Shown here in pieces: positions 15,040 through 28,280 of a stretch of 64,000 nucleotides of DNA. The stretch is taken from contig NC_092670.1 in NCBI RefSeq assembly GCF_964355755.1, forward strand, positions 1,416,201 through 1,480,200, given 5' to 3'. This DNA is from Antedon mediterranea (lineage: Eukaryota; Animalia; Echinodermata). Position 1 is the stretch's first letter. Each line of letters begins with the position of its first letter. Below the pieces are notes generated by a model. It was given only the letters and a program-made list of their open reading frames with translations. It did not search any database and was not told the DNA's origin. The position numbers were made by a program, and so were the translations under genes.

Positions 15040-15603
15040 TTTGTGAACATTTTCAAACTGATAAGTTTCAAACTGTAAAGTTCGGTTTTAATCTAAACTC
15101 GTTACATGTCACCTCCTCTCATATGATACAGTATACACCCTCGATTGTTGTAAAATAAAATTGATGAAAAGTACGGTACACTATTAGGAAAGATTTATTT
15201 TAATATAAAACTTAATATTATATACAATGTAATGCATATACAATAACACAAGAAGTATATAAATTGGATATAGTAAAAATATTAGTAAATATTGTACAAT
15301 TCGCTTTACTCATATAATGCGGTCAGAGGGGTTTGAACGAGTACCATGTGTGTTTTACAAACTTTTCATATTGACCTTTTGTATTTTTTAACAAAAACAG
15401 ATTTGCAAAAACCATAATTTCACATCAAATATAATTCATATTTTATGTATAACTTGTTGCTATCGTTTTTATCTATTTATGTTTTTATATAGCCTACAGT
15501 ACAGTACAGTTTTGTTTCTCCCACTGATGCCAGTCGCATCCAAGAGGCAGTCTTCTCTAGCATCCAAATATATGCTGGGTCCGACTGTTGAAGGGCCTAT
15601 GTT

Positions 15604-18600
15604 TCACAAGAGAAACGTTGTTGGATTTTCATCAACCGTCTCTTTATTGACTTCCATTTGCATTTGATTTGAAGACTCTATTTCATTATTAGGCTTGTGA
15701 TCTCGTCTAAAAGAAAAATAATTAAAATATGGTGTAACATAATTTCAAAAATTTTCCACGTATAACCGGTAATTGAACTTAATTCGCCGTAATTGCGCAC
15801 AGTGCTTGCGTGTCTCACGAGTTTATGAAAATGAAAATATGTTTTTAAATTTTAAAAATAACAAATGAATAGTTTAGTGACGTTTACATAGTAACTATAA
15901 TGAGATATTAAATGATATACTAATCTATATTTACCTTGCAAGTTTAATGATTAGACCTATCAGGATTATAAGTGCAATTACTAGGCATACCGCTATCACT
16001 GTCATGTAAACTTGGCCATTTGAATTCTTAATTTTACCTTTAAAAAAATAATGTATGATACAATGTCTTGATATAATAATCAATGTTTTGTGAACTAGGA
16101 ATTAAAGGAGGTTTACTATATCCTAAGAAACAAGATCTTGTCTCCTTATTGTCATCAGAACCTACACAGGGATGATACGTTGGTCTTAAGCACATTGTTG
16201 CTCCATTTGATGATGGATTTGATGACACATTCATTTTATCATGTTACCTTTGTTGCTTGAGTGTGCTTCGGCTTCTCTGTCGTTATTGTCTGTGCCTAAT
16301 ATTAAAATGTTAAAATAAGGTTTAAAAATATAAAATACAAATTGACAATTTAAATTGTGGCAGCTCTGCAAAATTAACAAAAACCATTTTAGCAGAAAAC
16401 TAGTACTTATATGTGTTCGGTATTTTGTAAAATAAATACATTGACTTGATGTTAAAATCAATATTACCAACAAATTAGAAATGAATCGAGAATTTTGTCT
16501 GAGGAACAATACTGTACCTTTGTTGTTTGAATATGCTTCGGCTTTTCTGTCACAATTGCATGTATTATTGACGACTACAGTTATGTCTGCAAAGTGGTTG
16601 AAAATTTCATGTTAGAAGGCGTGGGTTCTAAGCCGATATTTTGACTTATTTTTGTTTCATTTTGGTAATTGGAAAAAGTTTTCTTAGCTTTATAGCCTAC
16701 CGGTGCTATTTTTTGTTTCACAGGTATATCCGCTAAATCCGTCTGTACAAATGCAAGACAAAAGTCCATCGTCTGATGTTTCAATTTTCCCGCCATTTTG
16801 GCACTGGTTGTCTGTAACATCAAAATCAAAAGAATTTAAAAAGATTAGCACGTCTAATGTTTGTAGAAAAAAGGAAAATTGCAAACTCCCTTTGCTAGAA
16901 TAATCTTGTTATACTTGACTGATCAATAATGAACCTATTTTTACATGCAAATGTCTTACTGGTAATTTACTGCTGTTACCGTAGTTTATTTCAATGATTG
17001 AGAGACAAAGGAAGCCATCCATCTAACTTGATATAGTTTTAAACATGCTCAATTCTACATTATATGCCTTTTAATAGATTTAAAACTGCTATACTAACTT
17101 GACACTGTTATGTTGAATGAACACGCATTGGAACGTCCAACCATATCCGTAGCCGTGTACTCCACATTGATTGTTTTTCCTAAAACTCCATTTGGTATTT
17201 CAAATACTTCACCAGGAGAATGAGAGTTAGTAATACTTGAGAAACAATAGGAATCGTCTCTCCACATTATAGGTTGCCAATACACACTTACTCTTCTTTC
17301 ATTTGGTTTTGTGAGAAGATGAATATCATGTTGACAGGATGACCCGTATGAAGGTGGTTCCCGGTCTTCGAAATTATCTAAAATTAATAAAAGGTAGATT
17401 GTATGTTTTACGCGCTTCGGTGTGGATCAGTGCATTTATGTTAATCGTTTGATGAAAGGACCTGTAATGTGGGTTATGTTTGTGATGTTCGCATAAACAT
17501 TTTGCCAGGGCAGAAGTATAGATATGTGTATGCCATTTGAATTAGTATTGGTAATTGGTAATAATTATATAGTAATAATAGTAATAATAGTTGACATCGT
17601 CCCTTACTTATTTCACACACATAAGCGCATTTTGTGCTACAAGGAAAATCATTCCATTTGTCAGAATGTGTACAATCAAGCACAACACAATCTTCACCGT
17701 GTCCATAATTATTTGGTTCACCGGCTCCAAAATCTGCAAAAACAACATATAGATAATTATAGCCTAATACAATTACATACACACACACCCGCTGAATGTT
17801 TTTACTACAGAACTATGCCATACTAAGTACGCCCTGTTTAAAAAAAATGAAGTATTCATAAATCTTAGAACCTGTATAATATAAGAAAGATAGTACCGGT
17901 TTTAAAAAATAGAAATTATAGATTAATAACTTCGTATTGTAAAGAAGTGATATAGCATTACAATTAGATACCCAGGGTTTTCCTTAAAAGTGCTTTCCGA
18001 CACGCAAACAACGAGGCTGATATTCTTTCTACACATGTCCACGTCATTAATATGTTACTACTGAAGATTCACAGTACGCTATAGGCCCACTTACTTTTAT
18101 ATTGACTGCATTCTTTCGAGCTGACCCATGTGAAGTCAGCCTCACTCTCCACATCCGATATACCTAGCCATAGATCGCCACCACCAGGATTACTATTAGC
18201 GTAAAGAAAGTCATTTTCTTCTTTGCTCCTCACCACAACCAAGTCTGCATCTTGTTGCAAACAGCTTATTCTAGCTTCTGTCCAAGACTTTTTTGTTGCC
18301 TCAAATTTATAACAGCTATCTTGGAAATATAACCAGCCATTTTGACATGGAGATCCTGTAATATAATGATTAAAAGAATTTAGAAATAAAAATGTGTTAT
18401 CAGGAAGGCATCATTCCGTTATTGATGGTAAACTAATAATTCATTCATAGGCATGATTTCATTTTAGCCTATATCCACCTTTCTCTTTAACTTACCGGCA
18501 CTAGTTTTTGTTTGACATGTCACTCCACTGAATCCATCAGTACAGATGCAAGAAGACGATCCATCGTCTGATATTTTAATGATGCCACCATTTTGGCACT

Positions 18601-21600
18601 GATGAGATTCTATGATTCAACAATGTTGATAAGGAATTTAAGAAGGTTAGTACGTTTCTACAATTTGGTCATGGCGTATTGAACTCCGTTATTTTAATAA
18701 TTTCAGCCAAAAGAATCCCAAACACTTTTAAAATATATCTCTAAAAATAATTGTACTATAATAACGTATCGCCTGAATGTATGTAAGAACGTTCAATGTG
18801 GGTTATATTTGTGATAGAGTTTGGATTCGCGTATGATTTGTTAATATTTAAAAGGGAATTTATATTATAAACAGAGAAGTTCACATAAGATAGAAAAGAG
18901 CACACGTGTACTGTAGTAATAATTATATCTCAACTTACGTAATTCACAAACATATGCAAATTTCATGCTACAAGGAACATCATTCCATTTGTCAGAATGT
19001 GTATAATCAAGCTCTACACAATCTTCACGATTTCCAGAATTATTTGGTTCACCTTTTCCAAAATCTGTACAAACACCATACCATTAGCAACAATTTAAAA
19101 TCCACTCTAATTGAGACTATATAAGTATACTAAATTTTCATTTTAGAAAACATTAATCAATCTATAATGTAAGAAAGTATTATATGGGGAAATATTAAAT
19201 ATACAAAATAAAACATAATAATTATTAACATTATTTTTATTTTGTTTAAAATTTAATTGGATACCCAGGTATAACATTGCCGTTATTTCTTCTCTAAAAC
19301 TTCTGTTTATGAAGAACACCAATGAACACTATGGCATACCGCATTAAAACATTGTTAAACACTTTAACAGGTTGGCATAGTATGGTATATTTCGTCATGG
19401 TCAAAAATAAAAGTCATTCAGTTTTACCAGGTATATATACATACTTTTATATTGCGTTTGTTCATTCCTGACCCATATAAAGACAGTCTCATTCTTCATA
19501 TCTGATAAGCCTAGCCATAGATCGTTCCCCGTAGGATTATTAGCGTAAAGAAAGTTATTTTCTGCTTCGTTCCTCACCACCACCAAGTCTGCATCTTGTT
19601 GCAAACAGCTTATTCTAGCTTATGTCCAAGACTTTTTTGTTGCCTCAAATTTATAACAGTTATCTTGAAACGATAACCAGCCATTTTGACATAGAGATCC
19701 TGTAATATAATGATTAAAAGAATTTAGAAATAAAAATGTGTTATCAGGAAGGCATCATTCCGTTATTGATGGTATACTAATAATTCATTCATAGGCATGA
19801 TTTCATTTTAACCTATATCCACCTTTCTCTTCAACTTACCGGCACTAGTTTTTGTTTGACATGTCACTCCACTGAATCCATCAGTACAGATGCAAGAAGA
19901 TGATCCATCGTCTGATATTTTAATGATGCCACCATTTTGGCACTGATGAGATTCTATGATTCAACAATGTTGATAAGGAATTTAAGAAGGTTAAGTACGT
20001 TTCTACAATTTGGTCATGGCGTAGTGAACTCCGTTATTTTATTAACTCCGTTATTTTGATAATTTCAGCTGAAAGAAGCCAAAACACTTTAAAACATATA
20101 ATATCTCTAAAGATTTCTAAAAATAATTGTACTTTAATAACGTATCGTCTGAATGTATGTAAGAACGTTCAATGTGTGTTATATTTGTGATAGAGTTTGG
20201 ATTCGCGTATGTATTGTTAATGTTTAAAAAGGAATTTATATTGTATGCAGAGAAGTTCACATAATAATAATAATAATAATAATAAGCTTTATTTAATCAC
20301 GGATACTTAACTCAACTAAAAGTTGTTTTTCAGTAAGACCGTGCTCAAAGGAAAACACCAACAAAAATAAATGTAAAAAGCAAATATCAAATCAAGTAAT
20401 AAAACAATTACAGAAGCAAAAAAAAACAAAAGCAGATAATAAAACAATTACAATAAAATAAAACAAGGATACACTTACTAACTATAAAATTAAATAATAC
20501 ACTACATTTAAATAAAGCTACATGAAATTAGCAGTTAACAGTTTCTTAAAAAGAGAGACAGAGTTCACATTTTTAATATCTTCATGTAGCTCATTAAGAT
20601 AAGAAAAGAGCACACGTGTACTGTAGTAATAATTATATCTCAACTTACGTAATTCACACACATATGCAAATTTCATGCTACAAGGAACATCATTCCATTT
20701 GTCAGAATGTGTATAATCAAGCTCTACACAATCTTCACGATTTCCAGAATTATTTGGTTCACCTTTTCCAAAATCTGTACAAACACCATACCATTAGCAA
20801 CAATTTAAAATCCACTCTAATTGAGTCTATATAAGTATACTAAATTTTCATTTTAGAAAACATTAATCAATCTATAAATGTAAGAAAGTATTATATAGAG
20901 GAATTATTAAATATACAAAATAAAACATATTAATTATTAATATTATTTTTATTTTGTTTAAAATTTAATTGGATACCCAGGTATAAAATTGCCGTTATTT
21001 CTTCTCTAAAACTTCTGTTTATGAAGAACACCAATGAACACTATGGCATACAGCATTAAAACATTGTTAAACACTTTAACAGGTTGGCATAGTATGGTAT
21101 ATTTCGTCATGATCAAAAATAAAAGTCATTAGGTTTTACCAGGTATATATACATACTTTTATATTGCGTTTGTTCATTCCTGACCCATATAAAGACAGTC
21201 TCATTCTTCATATCTGATAAGCCTAGCCATAGATCGTTCCCCGTAGGATTATTAGCGTAAAGAAAGTTATTTTCTGCTTCGTTCCTCACCACCACCAAGT
21301 CTGCATTTTGTTGCAAACAGCTTATTCTAGCTTCTGTCCAAGTCTTTTTTGTTGCCTCAAATTTATAACAGTTATCTTGAAACGATAACCAGCCTTCTTG
21401 GCAGGAAAATACTGTATAATTACAAGAATTTAGAAAGAAAAACACGATTTAGAAAAAAAAACATGTTATTAAGTTTGGTTCCCACTGGACGCAACGCAGG
21501 GGCGTAAGGGCATCGCAAGGGCGTAAGCGCATCGCAAGTTTGTTGTGACGATCATGCCAACACGGACAATGCATGGCTTGCAAGTTCATTGGTCGATCAT

Positions 21601-21732
21601 CCATATTCCAATCAAGTTCTTATGGTATATTGAATCGTGTCATGATAAATAATTATGGACTTAATAGTAATTAGACCTACCTGTAGTGCTGGTGAATATC
21701 AAAAACACAACCATATTTGTAGATGTGGCCAT
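15604..21732 (-). CDS. Lectin receptor gene 2: SP-CTLD-EGF-CTLD(premature stop)-EGF-CTLD-HYR-EGF-spacer x2-TM-tail
   Basis: SP 21681-21732; CTL 21157-21411 + 20649-20774; EGF 19840-19953; CTL 19445-19699 (TAA at 19620-19622) + 18939-19064; EGF 18496-18609; CTL 18095-18355 + 17608-17733; HYR 17099-17377; EGF 16701-16811; spacers 16518-16574 and 16248-16295; TM 15935-16037; tail 15604-15706 ending DENPTTFLL*. Confidence 0.78.
18230..21395. repeat. Recent internal tandem duplication of a CTLD+EGF module
   Basis: ~18230-19600 is near-identical, introns included, to ~19580-21395, apart from a ~330-bp insertion at ~20263-20597. Confidence 0.85.
20263..20597 (-). mobile_element. 5'-truncated retroposon (LINE 3' end) with (TTA)n tail
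   Basis: Absent from the paralogous site (~18885). (AAT)n run plus AGCTTTATT at the left end, consistent with a minus-strand 3' tail. Confidence 0.5.
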
Positions 21733-21926
21733 GGTGTAGCGATATCTAAGAATGTGAATACTTGTTTTCTAATGTTTAGCAATATGCTTTTCCGTGATAG
21801 ATATCAACTATCCGTATTGTCCTTTTCCTTCCGATATAGATTTAGCAGACTGACGTGATCTTATTTGAAACAGTAAGCCTAAAATCCTTATATATAAAAT
21901 CATTATAATACTACACTCTCAATTTT

Positions 21927-22034
21927 TAGTCGCGTGGACGCGACTCTATAGTTCACTATGTCGGTCGGTCGGTCTGTCTGTCGGTCCGGTATCACTATGC
22001 GTTTTAGCACGCGACTTATGGCTGTTGGCCTTGT
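21927..22034 (+). mobile_element. HINE family A, internally deleted ~108-bp copy
   Basis: Both termini of the 8092 element joined. The paralogous empty site is at ~15135-15175. Confidence 0.75.
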
Positions 22035-22444
22035 TGCAAAATAAAATTGATGAAAAGTACACTATTAAGAGAAAGAATTAGTGTAATATATAAAACTTTA
22101 TTTTTAAATTTAATGCATATACAATAACACAAGAAGTATAACATTTGATATAGTAAAACATACTATTAATAGATTTAATTATTATTGTGGACACGAGAGT
22201 TTCAACTTCTTCGAGTACCACGTATGTTTCAATAACCAACTGTTTAAGTTCAACTTTTCATTAACAGCAGGTTTGCAAGAATTTCAAGTATCATGTCTCA
22301 CTTGCTAATATCCTTTTCATGTATTTATCTATTATATGTTTGTTTACATTGTTTTCTTTAGAGAGAAAGAACAATTTATAAGCACAGTATTATTTTATTA
22401 TTTTTTCTTTGAATTGGCTAATCAATTACACATTTATTACAATG

Positions 22445-22600
22445 CAGTGTGCTGCATAGCAAGCAGAAGGTTCCGGGTTTGAATCTTGGTTGGTGTGACT
22501 CTTTCTCATTCTCACAGATTTCCTCATCTTTATCGTTTCAAACTAATTAATTAAATTTCAGTATATCACCAGGCAGTTTAGAATTCATGTTCTGTGCCTG
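22445..22600 (+). mobile_element. Diverged copy of the tRNA-like repeat seen at 49.8-52.1 kb
   Basis: Shares CTCATTCTCACAGATTTCCTCATCTTTATCGTTTCAAA..AATTAATTAAATTTCAGTATA with the reverse complement of 49890-49950. Confidence 0.6.
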
Positions 22601-22932
22601 ATGTTTTTATATATACATTTGGAGATACAGGAGACATCCAACATGTAGGACTATAGAGATGTAGGAATATGTATGTAGATGTTTCACAAGAGAAGCGTTG
22701 TTGGAGTTTCATCAATCACCTCTTTATTTGGTTCCATTTGCATTTGATTTGAAGACTTTATTTGGGTGCTAGGCATGCAATTTCGTCTAAAAGAAAAGGG
22801 GTTAGTTTAAACAAAATGTTTATAACCTAACAAATAACTGTCCAAAATTTCACCACCATGTTTGAGTATTCGACGGTTATAATTTAATTTCTAGGCCTAG
22901 GTATACACCTTTGATGGCTGGTTCCAATTAAT

Positions 22933-23143
22933 AAGCGTCGGCCTTACAATGTAGCCAATATGTGTAATCGGGTTAGCAGCAGACGCTAAAAATATAGTTA
23001 CTACAAGCGTCGGCCTTACAATGTAGCCAATATGTGTAATCGGGTTAGCAGCAGACGCTAAAAATATAGTTACTACAAGCGTCGGCCTTACAATGTAGCC
23101 AATATGTGTAATCGGGTTAGCAGCAGACGCTAAAAATATAGTT
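22933..23143. repeat. 72-bp tandem repeat x~3 in last intron
   Basis: AAGCGTCGGCCTTACAATG... at 22933, 23005 and 23077. Confidence 0.9.
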
Positions 23144-25984
23144 AGGTCCATTTTGCAAAGGCCAATATACTAGTTAACTTGTAATAATATACTAATTTAC
23201 TTGTTTTTTGATATTTGTTTAATTTTACCTCACAAGTTTAATGGTTTGACCTATCAATATTATAACAGCAACTGCTAGACATACAACTATCACTGTCACG
23301 TAAACTTGATCATTTGAATTCTCAATTGTACCTTATAAATAGAATAAAATAATAGAATGTCTTGATATAAACATCAATATTTCACAATTAGAATGAAATG
23401 AGATATTGTCTCCTGACTTAGGTATACAACGTCCTATGGACGATACGTTTATCGGTGGTTCACGTTTGTAAACCTGGGACTGAAAGAAAGTTGTAAGCTT
23501 TTGAATAGAATTCGGCTTTTCTGTCGGAATTGCATGTATTGACACATTGTTAAATGTATCAAAATGCACACAATACAAAAGAAGAAAATTCAATATTAAT
23601 TGCCAACATTATGACATATTGTAAATTTTCCAAAAAAGAGTATGAAATGCTTGGACAATTTCACGTTGAGACGAGGCTTCTTCTTATTTTACAGTTTGGT
23701 ATATGGAATTTAAATCTTAAGTGTTTAGCCTACCGGTGCTATTTTTTGTTTCGCAGGTTAATCCGCTAAAACCTTCTGTACAAATGCAAGACAAAAATCC
23801 ATCCATCTGATGTTTCAGTTGCCCGCCATTTTGGCATTGGTTGTCTGTAACAAGAATGGCGAATGAATATTATAAGTTCTAAATACGTTTCTATAAACTT
23901 TCGCTACTTTCCTGGCAAGGCTGGTTTAAATCGTTTGAAGGTAACGGTTACAAATTTCAGACAATAAAAGCCATCACATTAACCCGATTCGTTTCTAACG
24001 TGCATATTATATTATTTTAATATGTTTAAAAACTGATATACTAACTTGTTACTGTTAGTTTGAACGAGCATTTGCTTGAACGTCCAACCATATCCGTAGC
24101 CGTGTACTCAACATTGATGGTTCTGCCAAACACTCCGTTTGGTATTTCAATTACGTCACCGAGAGAGAAAGACGTATTATTAGTCATGCTGGAGAAACAA
24201 GATGAATCGTCTGTCCACACTGGAAGTTGCCAAAACACTTGTATTCTTCTCTCATTAGGTTTCGTGAGAAAATGAATATCACGTGGACAGGATGACCCGT
24301 ATGAAGGCGGTTCTCGGTCTTCGAAATTATCTAAATAAAACGGATCAAACAAAATGCTCATTTATAATAATAATAATAATATTTATTTTTATTTGCGTAT
24401 GATGCATTTTAAAACAAGTATAGTCGTGATGGTGGTAGCATTTAGGCCTAATTAGGTTAATATCTTACTTATTTCACACACATAAGATCTTCGTATGTTG
24501 CAAGGGCTATCATTCCATTTGTCTGAATTCGTATAATCAAGTTCTACACAGTCTTCACCGTTTCCATAATTATTTGGTTCACCGTCAGCAAAATCTGTAA
24601 AAACATACCATACAAACGCTCTAATATACTTACTACAGGACCATACCAATGCTCTAATATACTTACTACAGGACCATACCAATGCCCTGTATTTACTAAA
24701 GGTGAAATAGAAACTACATTATACAGAAAGTGTACAAATAGAAACTCGGAGAATAATAATTTTGTTTTTTCGTATTTTACACTAACGTCGATTGTTTTAT
24801 TTAAATTGGTCAAGTTTTGGTTTGTAATAGAAGTTCTTGTTTTTTCCCTCTTATTTTATAATTTAATCACAGGTATAAAATGCCCTTTCTCTTCCGAATT
24901 TAAAGCCATAAAATAGTAAACTGCATTTACAAAAATGTAATGTTTCTCGCTAAGAATCTCGAACATAAAGGGATAGAGGCTGATACTTCATCACGTATGT
25001 TAGATGTTATCCCGTTAATAGAAGCGGCATTCTATACGTACTTTTATATTGACTGCATTCTTTCGAAACCCATGTAAAGTCAGCCTCGCTCCCCATATCT
25101 GATAAGCCTATCCATAGATCGCCAGTTGTAGGATTGTTAGCGTAAAGAAAGTAATTTTCTGCTTTGTTTCTGATCACCACTAAGTCTGCACCTAGTTCCA
25201 AACAGTTTGATCTAGCTTCTGACCAAGACCGTTTTGTTGCCTCAAATTTATAGCAGCTATCTTGAAAAGATAACCATCCTTCTGGACAGGAAAATACTGT
25301 AAGGGTTAAAACATTTAGAAAATTAAAAAAACTGTTACTAGGCTACTGTTTAAATAAGTTCTTGACATAAAATTCATTGTTTAATTTGTAAAGCCTAAAT
25401 ATTCCAGAACAAATATCCTTACTGTTCTTCCGATAAAGGCCGAGATAGAAGCCAACTTACGTCAGCTTATTTGAAAAAGTACAAACAGTGTTTTGTCAAA
25501 GTATCTCATGTCGTAGATGTTTCTTGAAAATCCCACCTTATATTACCATTTTCTCTCGCAAATACTCTAATTTAGACCTGATAAAGGATAGTGTCTCTAA
25601 CAGCTTTTCTTCATCGTTTTGATTTAGCTTTTTGCTGCATTTTTGCTTATTATTGCTTAATTATTTCTATATTATGTGTGTTTTTATGACAGTTAAACTG
25701 TGTTTCTTCTGAACTTAGTTAAAATTGTTTATTTACAGTAGCCTAAATTGGTTATTAGAGTTGTTCATGCAATAGTCATTGTATATTACACTGCGCCACC
25801 TTTTTCTATATTTGTTTATTATTACTATTTTCAACACAGTCAACAAAGTACAGCAGATATTTATATATATATAATAAAACGTAACGTGAAATGAGATCAA
25901 AATAAGTAAATCCTGCATTGAACACCTGACATGTAAACTAAAAGCTATTGATACTTTGTTTTTTTTGTTAGTTTGATAATTGGA

Positions 25985-28280
25985 GCCATGCACCTACAGA
26001 CAGGTTTGAAGGCACCTTGTGTTCCACATGTAGCCATGCACCTACAGACAGGTTTGAAGGCACCTTGTGTTCCACATGTAGCCATGCACCTACAGACAGG
26101 TTTGAAGGCACCTTGTGTTCCACATGTAGCCATGCACCTACAGACAGGTTTGAAGGCACCTTGTGTTCCACATGTAGCCATGCACCTACAGACAGGTTTG
26201 AAGGCACCTTGTGTTCCACATGTAGCCATGCACCTACAGACAGGTTTGAAGGCACCTTGTGTTCCACATGTAGCCATGCACCTACAGACAGGTTTGAAGG
26301 CACCTTGTGTTCCACATGTAGCCATGCACCTACAGACAGGTTTGAAAGCACCTTGTGTTCCACATGTAGCCATGTACCTACAGACAGGTTTGAAGGCACC
26401 TGGTGTTCCACATGTAGCCATGCACCTACAGACAGGTTTGAAGGCACCTGGTGTTCCACATGTAGCCATGCACCTACAGACAGGTTTGAAGGCACATTGT
26501 GTTCCACATGTAGCCATGCACCTACAGACAGGTTTGAAGGCACCTTGTGTTCCACATGTAGCCATGCACCTACAGACAGGTTTGAAGGCACCTTGTGTTC
26601 CACATGTAGATCCGCTTGTTAGTTTGATAATTGGAGCCATGCACCTACAGACAGGTTTGAAGGCACCTTGTGTTCCACATGTAGATCCGCTTGTTAGTTT
26701 GATAATTGGAGCCATGCACCTACAGACAGGTTTGAAGGCACCTTGTGTTCCACATGTAGATCCGCTTGTTAGTTTGATAATTGGAGCCATGCACCTACAG
26801 ACAGGTTTGAAGGCACCTTGTGTTCCACATGTAGATCCGCTTGTTAGTTTGATAATTGGAGCCATGCGCCTACAGACAGGTTTGAAGGCACCTGGTGTTG
26901 TTCCACATGTAGATCCGCTTGTTAGTTTGATAATTGGAGCCATGCGCCTACAGACAGGTTTGAAGGCACCTGGTGTTGTTCCACATGTAGATCCGCTTGT
27001 TAGTTTGATAATTGGAGCCATGCACCTACAGACAGGTTTGAAGGCACCTTGTGTTCCACATGTAGATCCGCTTGTTAGTTTGATAATTGGAGCCATGCGC
27101 CTACAGACAGGTTTGAAGGCACCTGGTGTTGTTCCACATGTAGATCCGCTTGTTAGTTTGATAATTGGAGCCATGCACCTACAGACAGGTTTGAAGGCAC
27201 CTGGTGTTCCACATGTAGATCCGCTTGTTAGTTTGATAATTGGAGCCATGCACCTACAGACAGGTTTGAAGGCACCTTGTGTTCCACATGTAGATCCGCT
27301 TGTTAGTTTGATAATTGGAGCCATGCGCCTACAGACAGGTTTGAAGGCACCTGGTGTTGTTCCACATGTAGATCCGCTTGTTAGTTTGATAATTGGAGCC
27401 ATGCGCCTACAGACAGGTTTGAAGGCACCTGGTGTTCCACATGTAGATCCGCTTGTTAGTTTGATAATTGGAGCCATGCACCTACAGACAGGTTTGAAGG
27501 CACCTGGTGTTCCACATGTAGATCCGCTTGTTAGTTTGATAATTGGAGCCATGCACCTACAGACAGGTTTGAAGGCACCTTGTGTTCCACATGTAGATCC
27601 GCTTGTTAGTTTGATAATTGGAGCCATGCACCTACAGACAGGTTTGAAGGCACCTTGTGTTCCACATGTAGATCCGCTTGTTAGTTTGATAATTGGAGCC
27701 ATGCACCTACAGACAGGTTTGAAGGCACCTTGTGTTCCACATGTAGATCCGCTTGTTAGTTTGATAATTGGAGCCATGCGCCTACAGACAGGTTTGAAGG
27801 CACCTGGTGTTGTTCCACATGTAGATCCGCTTGTTAGTTTGATAATTGGAGCCATGCACCTACAGACAGGTTTGAAGGCACCTGGTGTTCCACATGTAGA
27901 TCCGCTTGTTAGTTTGATAATTGGAGCCATGCACCTACAGACAGGTTTGAAGGCACCTGGTGTTCCACATGTAGATCCGCTTGTTAGTTTGATAATTGGA
28001 GCCATGCACCTACAGACAGGTTTGAAGGCACCTTGTGTTCCACATGTAGATCCGCTTGTTAGTTTGATAATTGGAGCCATGCACCTACAGACAGGTTTGA
28101 AGGCACCTTGTGTTCCACATGTAGATCCGCTTGTTAGTTTGATAATTGGAGCCATGAACCTAAAGACAGGTTTGAAGGCACCTTGTGTTCCACATGTAGA
28201 TCCGCTTGTTAGTTTGATAATTGGAGCCATGCACCTACAGACAGGTTTGAAGGCACCTTGGGTTCCACATGTAGATCCGC
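25985..28280. repeat. Compound tandem repeat: 13x48 bp + 22x75/78 bp, derived from an EGF exon/intron junction
   Basis: 48-bp units 25985-26608; 17x75-bp and 5x78-bp units 26609-28273. All lengths are multiples of 3. Contiguous and in frame with the EGF exon. Confidence 0.95.

Noticed and set aside
22897-23151. 84-aa repetitive ORF
   Set aside because: Translation of an intronic 72-bp tandem repeat.
23495-23545. Spacer exon in gene 3
   Set aside because: Homologous to the AEAQS spacer, but both splice sites are lost; left out of the model.
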